Part shown: positions 59,051-64,000 of the stretch, in pieces
Position numbering within the stretch: position 1 is the first letter of the stretch
How the letters are laid out: each line of letters starts with the position of its first letter
Origin: Gemmatimonadota bacterium
GTDB lineage: Bacteria > Gemmatimonadota > Gemmatimonadetes > Palauibacterales > Palauibacteraceae
NCBI GenBank assembly: GCA_965116475.1
Contig: OZ220691.1
Coordinates: 2,912,001 to 2,976,000 of the forward strand
Direction of reading: 5' to 3'
DNA: 64,000 nucleotides
Notes under the pieces: model-generated
Database searches by the model: none
Seen by the model: the letters and a program-made list of their open reading frames with translations, nothing else
Told to the model about the DNA's origin: nothing
Translations under genes and position numbers: made by a program

Positions 59051-59121
59051 TCGGGAACGGACGGTCGGGCGAACACGAGTGCCCGAAGAGTCTTCAGACG
59101 GTTCAGACGGAGAGGTGGAAC

Positions 59122-60279
59122 ATGACGATCGCCAGCCGTGCGCGGACAGACGCCCTGCCGCTGTCGCTCCTTCTGTCGTTCGGTTTCCTCGCGCAGGCCA
59201 CGGCCCCGCTGGAGGCGCAGAGCTTCTCGCGGGAAGGATTGCTCGACTACATGGAGCAGATCCGCCATGACAACGACCTGCCCGGGTTGTCCGTCGCCGT
59301 GGCGGTGGACGGGGAGATCGTCTTCTCCGCAGGCGTGGGGGTCGCCGAACTGGACAACCGCACGCCGGCAACGGGCCGGACCGTCCACAACGTGGGGTCG
59401 GTGTCCAAGGTGCTCGCCGTGGTCGGCCTCATGCAGCTCGTCGAGCAGGGAAAGGTGGATCTCGACGCGACGCTCCAGACGTACATGCCCTGGTATCCCG
59501 AGCGGGAGTTCCCGATCACGGTGCGCCACATCCTCACGCACACCTCCGGAATCCGGCACTACAACGGCGTCGAATTCGGACCCTACGGCCTGCTTGCGCT
59601 CCGTCACTACGACACGTTCGAGGAGGCGACCGAGCTGTGGCGCGACGACCCCCTCGCCTACGACACCGACTCCGGCTGGATGTACTCGTCGCACGCGCAC
59701 AACCTCCAGCACGGGATCGTCGAGGCGGCGTCCGGGGTGGACTACGAGGAATACCTCAAGCGCTACGTGTGGGAGCCGGCGGGGATGTTCGCCACCCAGT
59801 TCGACGTTCCGTCGCGCGTCGTGCAGAACCGCGGGCGCGGCTACGTCCGGGGCGAATCCGGCCGCTTCATCAACGCCCCGCCGGAGGACCCGAGCTACAA
59901 GTACGCGGGTGGCGGCATCATCTCGAACGTTGAAGACCTCGTCCGCTTCGCCATCGCCATCAACGACGGGCGCCTGCTCGCGCCGGAGACCGTCGCGGAG
60001 ATGCACCGGCCGCAACTCGAGCCGGGGATTCGACAGATCGATCCGTCATCGCCGGACGGCCTGGGCGATCCGATCGCGCACGAGCAGGCGCTGGCGTGGT
60101 TCATCCGCACGGATCCGAAGGGACGTCGCTATCCGAGCCACACGGGCACGGTGAAGGGGACGCGGTCCTTCCTCGCGAACTTCGATGACTACGGCGTCGT
60201 GGTGGCGCTCCAGACGAACGCGCTCCCCTTCGACTCGGCGAGATACGGCGAGGCGATCGCCCAGATGTTCCTGCCGTAG
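59122..60279 (+). CDS. Serine hydrolase, beta-lactamase class C-like, secreted
   Basis: PGLSVAV, GSVSK (SxxK), ILTHTSG, YSS, HTG; signal peptide. Confidence 0.88.
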   Translation: MTIASRARTDALPLSLLLSFGFLAQATAPLEAQSFSREGLLDYMEQIRHDNDLPGLSVAVAVDGEIVFSAGVGVAELDNRTPATGRTVHNVGSVSKVLAVVGLMQLVEQGKVDLDATLQTYMPWYPEREFPITVRHILTHTSGIRHYNGVEFGPYGLLALRHYDTFEEATELWRDDPLAYDTDSGWMYSSHAHNLQHGIVEAASGVDYEEYLKRYVWEPAGMFATQFDVPSRVVQNRGRGYVRGESGRFINAPPEDPSYKYAGGGIISNVEDLVRFAIAINDGRLLAPETVAEMHRPQLEPGIRQIDPSSPDGLGDPIAHEQALAWFIRTDPKGRRYPSHTGTVKGTRSFLANFDDYGVVVALQTNALPFDSARYGEAIAQMFLP

Positions 60280-60323
60280 CAGCCCATGTTGCCAGCTGCC
60301 GGGGCCGGGGAGATGCGCCTGCC

Positions 60324-61733
60324 GTGACGGAACGCCGCGATCCGGCGCTGCTCCCGGCCTGCGAGCAGGCCCGCCGCATCCGCTCGGGCGAACTGAGCGC
60401 CGTCGACCTGCTCCGCGCCTGCCTGACCCGCGTCGAACGTCACAACGCCGAACTCAACGCCGTCGTCACCCTGAACCCCGCCGCGGAGGCCGAGGCGGCT
60501 GCGGTCGACGCCTCCTTCGGAGCCGGCGAGGATCCGGGACCCCTGGCCGGGCTCGTCGTCGGCATCAAGGACGTGACCGAGACGGCGGGCCTCCGCACGA
60601 CGTACGGCTCGCCGCTGTTCGCGGACCACGTGCCCGCCGGGGATGCGCTCGTCGTGCGGCGCCTGCGCCAGGCCGGCGCCGTAATTCTCGGGAAGACGAA
60701 TACGCCGGAGTTCGCGGCGGGCGGAAACACGTGGAACGAGGTGTTCGGCGTGACGCGGAACCCGTGGAATCCCAACCTCAGCGCCGGAGGGTCGACGGGC
60801 GGCGGCGCGGTCGCTCTGGCCACGGGGATGATCTCGCTCGCGCAGGGCACCGATCTCGGCGGCTCGCTGCGGATCCCCGCCTCCTTCTGTGGCATTGCGG
60901 GACTTCGCCCCACGCCCGGCCTCGTGCCGACGGTGCCGGCCGCCTACCTGTGGGATGACCTGCAGTCGACCGGTCTGATGGCGCGGGACCCGGAGGATGT
61001 CGCCTTCGGGCTCCGCGCGATCTCGGGACCCGATCCCGCTTCGCCGGTCTGCGCTCCCGAGCCGCGCTGGCCCGAAACCGGCGCCGCGGATCTCGCCGCC
61101 GGCCGCCTGGCCTGGTGCGGAGACGTCGCGCGCATCGGCATCGACGCCGGCGTGGAGGCGGCGTGCCGCGAGGCGCTGGCGGCGCTGCGGGCGGCGGGCG
61201 CGCGGGTCGACGAGGTGGACCTCGACCTCTCGTGGGCGTGGGACGCGTTCCTCGTCCTCCGCGGGCACTGGTTCGTGTCCCATTTCGAGGCGGAACTCCA
61301 CCGGGTCGACGCCTTCGGCCCCAACGTGTCCGCCAACCTTCGCTCCGGCCTGGCGCTGACGGCGGCCGAGATCGGGGCGGCCGAGAACGTTCGCCGCCGA
61401 GTCAGGGAAGCGCTTGTCGCCCTCCTCGAACGATACGACGCGCTCCTGACGCCCTGCATGGCGATCCCGCCCTTCGCGGCGGAGCAGAACTACCCGGAGA
61501 CGGTCGGGGGGCGGCCGATGAAGACGTACGTGGACTGGATCGCCCCCACCTTCCTGCTCTCGATGCCGGGGCTGCCCGTGGCCTGCGTCCCGGCCGGACT
61601 GGATGCCGCGGGACTGCCGGTCGGGCTGCAGATCGTCGGGCCCCCGAGCGGGGAGGGGCAGGCGCTCGCGATCGGCTCCGCCATCGGCACGGCATGGCCC
61701 ATCGGCCTTCCGCCCATGGTCGCCGACCACTGA
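60324..61733 (+). CDS. Amidase signature family protein
   Basis: GIKD, GKTNTPEF, GGSTGG, GTDLGGSLRIPAS, GLPVGLQIVG. Confidence 0.92.
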   Translation: MTERRDPALLPACEQARRIRSGELSAVDLLRACLTRVERHNAELNAVVTLNPAAEAEAAAVDASFGAGEDPGPLAGLVVGIKDVTETAGLRTTYGSPLFADHVPAGDALVVRRLRQAGAVILGKTNTPEFAAGGNTWNEVFGVTRNPWNPNLSAGGSTGGGAVALATGMISLAQGTDLGGSLRIPASFCGIAGLRPTPGLVPTVPAAYLWDDLQSTGLMARDPEDVAFGLRAISGPDPASPVCAPEPRWPETGAADLAAGRLAWCGDVARIGIDAGVEAACREALAALRAAGARVDEVDLDLSWAWDAFLVLRGHWFVSHFEAELHRVDAFGPNVSANLRSGLALTAAEIGAAENVRRRVREALVALLERYDALLTPCMAIPPFAAEQNYPETVGGRPMKTYVDWIAPTFLLSMPGLPVACVPAGLDAAGLPVGLQIVGPPSGEGQALAIGSAIGTAWPIGLPPMVADH

Positions 61734-61826
61734 AGCGGGTGGCGAGACGTTTCCGCGGGAACGTTCCACGCTAGATTCCGCGCTCGCGGCTGCCGCCGAC
61801 CAAACCCGAACCCCCGAGAGTCGATC

Positions 61827-63044
61827 ATGATGATGTCAAACGATGCTGCCGTCGCGGAGTTGTCGGGCGAGGCGCTCGACGCCTGCGTCCGCTTCCTCCA
61901 GCGGCTCATCCGCACGCAGTCGATGCCTGGCGAAGAGGGCGAACTGGCCACGCTCGTCGCCGCCGAGATGCGCGCGCTCGGCTACGACGAGGTCGAGCGT
62001 GACGCGGCGGGCAACGTCATCGGCCTCCTCCGTGGAAGCGGCGACGCTCCCTCGGTGATGTTCAACACCCATCTGGACCATGTGGACGCCGGGGATCCGG
62101 CGGACTGGCCCCATGACCCCTACGGCGGCGAAATCCACGATGGCCTGCTGTGGGGGCGCGGCGCGATCGACATCAAGGGACCGCTCGCGGCGCAGGTGCA
62201 CGGCATCGCCCGGCTCATCGCCGCCGGCCGCCGCCCCCCCGGCGATGTCTACGTGACGGGAACGGTGCAGGAGGAAGTCGGAGGACTCGGCGCCCGCTAC
62301 ATGGCGGAAACGCTGCGGCCCGATCTGGTCCTGATCGGCGAGCCCAGCCGGAACGAGGTCCGTCGCGGGCACCGGGGCCGGATCGAACTCCGCGTCCAGG
62401 TGCGGGGGAAGATGGCGCACGCCTCGATGACCGACATCGGCCGCAACCCGCTCACCGTGCTCGGCCGGTTCCTCGCGGCGCTGGAAGAGGTGGACCTCGC
62501 GCACGATCCCGATCTGGGCACCTGCTCGATCGCCCCGACGCTCATCGGGACGGACCAGACCAGCGGCAACGTCATCCCCGGCCTGGCGGAAGTCACACTC
62601 GACTGCCGCACCGTAACCGGGCAGGACGCGGCCTCGCTCAGGGAGCAACTTCTTCCGGTGCTGCGCGCGTGCGAGATGGAGGGATCGAGCAGCGACATCC
62701 TCATCCCGCAGCACGAGCGCTCCAGCTACGCGGGGTACGAGATGACGTATCCGGCCGACAACCCGGCGCTCTCGCTGCCCGCCGACCACGACGCGGTCCG
62801 CACGGCGGTCGAGGTCCTGGCCGGCCCGCTCGGGGCCGAGCCGCCGGTCGACATCTGGGACTTCGCGACCGATGGCGGACACTTCGGGCTCGCGGGCATG
62901 ACCGCGGTCGGCTTCGGGCCCGGAGACGACCGGCTGGCCCACACCGTCCACGAGCATATCGTGATCGACGAACTGGCGACGGGCATCCGCGGCAACGCGG
63001 CCCTCGCGTTCCACTGGCCCGCCCGCTACGCGCGAGCCGGCTGA
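61827..63044 (+). CDS. M20/ArgE-DapE (YgeY-like) metallohydrolase
   Basis: NTHLDHV, GRGAIDIKG, VQEE, GEPS, GHRGR, AHAS, FATDG, LAHTVHEH. Confidence 0.88.
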   Translation: MMMSNDAAVAELSGEALDACVRFLQRLIRTQSMPGEEGELATLVAAEMRALGYDEVERDAAGNVIGLLRGSGDAPSVMFNTHLDHVDAGDPADWPHDPYGGEIHDGLLWGRGAIDIKGPLAAQVHGIARLIAAGRRPPGDVYVTGTVQEEVGGLGARYMAETLRPDLVLIGEPSRNEVRRGHRGRIELRVQVRGKMAHASMTDIGRNPLTVLGRFLAALEEVDLAHDPDLGTCSIAPTLIGTDQTSGNVIPGLAEVTLDCRTVTGQDAASLREQLLPVLRACEMEGSSSDILIPQHERSSYAGYEMTYPADNPALSLPADHDAVRTAVEVLAGPLGAEPPVDIWDFATDGGHFGLAGMTAVGFGPGDDRLAHTVHEHIVIDELATGIRGNAALAFHWPARYARAG

Positions 63045-63144
63045 AGCGCGCCGAAGCACCCCGGCGCCGACGGTCTGTGACCTGCGGCCGGCCGGGGGCG
63101 TCTGGTACCCGGGTAGAGAAGGGTCAACCAGGAGGAGGTTCGGA

Positions 63145-64000
63145 ATGAGACGGCGGACTATTGCGGGCGCGGCCCCGGGCCTGCGTGTCTTCGTGGCTTC
63201 GACGGTTTTCGCGGCGCTTCACGGCCTGTCGGGCGCGGGAGCGCTGGCGGGCCAGGAGTCGCACGCTTGCGAGGATCGCGCCGGACTCCGCGTCAACGTG
63301 CTGGACGCGACGGGACTGGTGCGAGTGAGCGGCGCCGATGTGCGGATTCGCTGGATCGACGTGGTCCGCAGTCCCGAGCGCAAGGGCGCGGGGGATGACG
63401 GCCGCCTGACGTTCTGCGCTCCGCGGGACGCGACGAAGGCGACCGTCTGGGCGGAGGCCCGGGATGGGTCGAGCGAGCAGGCGTCCGTCGAGTTGATCCC
63501 CGGTGAGACGAGCGCGGTGGAACTCCGGATCCTGGGGGAAGACAACCCTGGGCGCCTCGAGGGGCGAATCTTCGACATCGTAACGAAGGACCCCATCCCG
63601 ACGGCCGCCGTGACGGTGGACGGTCGCCCCGCCGCCGTCGAGACCGACCGCTGGGGACGGTACATCCTCACGGGCATCCCCGCGGGGGCCAAGGAATTCC
63701 AGGTCCGCCGCATGGGGTACGAACCCCTCGAGTACGTCGTCACGGTCAAGCCGGGACTCACCACTCAGGTGGACATCGGCCTCGTTCCGGATCCCGTCGA
63801 GATGGAGCCGCTCGTGGCCACGACCGTCCGGTCGAACAGGCTCGAGCGCAAGGGGTTCTACGAGCGGCAGTATTGGGGCGAGATGCTCGGCATGGGCGAT
63901 TTCCTCACGCCGGAGTACCTCGAGCGCTGGCGTCCGATGCGCATGAGCCAGTTGCTCGAGCAACACACGATGCTGCGTCCGCGACTCGTGAGCGGGGGCA
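63145..64000 (+). CDS. Carboxypeptidase-regulatory-like domain protein, partial (runs off the right edge)
   Basis: Not in ORF track. GGAGG RBS, ATG 63145, signal peptide, TDRWGRY.L..IP.G...VRRMGY, L...GFYER; open to the window end. Confidence 0.75.
   Translation, partial: MRRRTIAGAAPGLRVFVASTVFAALHGLSGAGALAGQESHACEDRAGLRVNVLDATGLVRVSGADVRIRWIDVVRSPERKGAGDDGRLTFCAPRDATKATVWAEARDGSSEQASVELIPGETSAVELRILGEDNPGRLEGRIFDIVTKDPIPTAAVTVDGRPAAVETDRWGRYILTGIPAGAKEFQVRRMGYEPLEYVVTVKPGLTTQVDIGLVPDPVEMEPLVATTVRSNRLERKGFYERQYWGEMLGMGDFLTPEYLERWRPMRMSQLLEQHTMLRPRLVSGG

Noticed and set aside
59122..60279. Antibiotic-resistance beta-lactamase
   Set aside because: Generic SxxK serine hydrolase with YSS and HTG rather than AmpC YxN and KTG; catabolic context.

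Overview
High-GC bacterial chromosomal window. Gene content and style (choice-of-anchor B/LVIVD proteins, carboxypeptidase-regulatory-domain protein, MoxR-vWA operon, steroid 5-alpha-reductase) suggest Gemmatimonadota, possibly a Ca. Palauibacter-like sponge associate; this is inference only. Left to right: (1) a lower-GC defence island (partial DUF5677-like protein, EcoRII-like endonuclease, Vsr, HTH-fused Dcm) bounded by a 16-bp inverted repeat; (2) a class IV aminotransferase, a hydrolase and a vapBC pair; (3) a ~14.6-kb MoxR/vWA/DUF58/BatA/DUF4159/DUF4175-like/TPR-peptidase operon; (4) an ABC-ATPase plus DUF4276 module broken by a 13-bp tandem duplication; (5) an ornithine cyclodeaminase family gene, steroid reductase, M23 peptidase and a second vapBC pair; (6) a solute-binding protein, output-less HAMP sensor and OFA-type MFS trio; (7) acnA, ccmEFGH, peptidases and an MBL-rhodanese; (8) asnB, whose last 186 bp are repeated in diverged form around a 1.4-kb cassette encoding a small 4-Cys secreted peptide and a beta-propeller-like lipoprotein, with a poly-G tract in the putative promoter spacer; (9) a choice-of-anchor B pseudogene; (10) a Mo-hydroxylase (S-L-M), malonyl-CoA-ligase-like, cyclase, amidase and M20 catabolic cluster. 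No rRNA, tRNA, CRISPR array, integrase or transposase was recognised. Product calls come from motif recognition by eye, not database searches.
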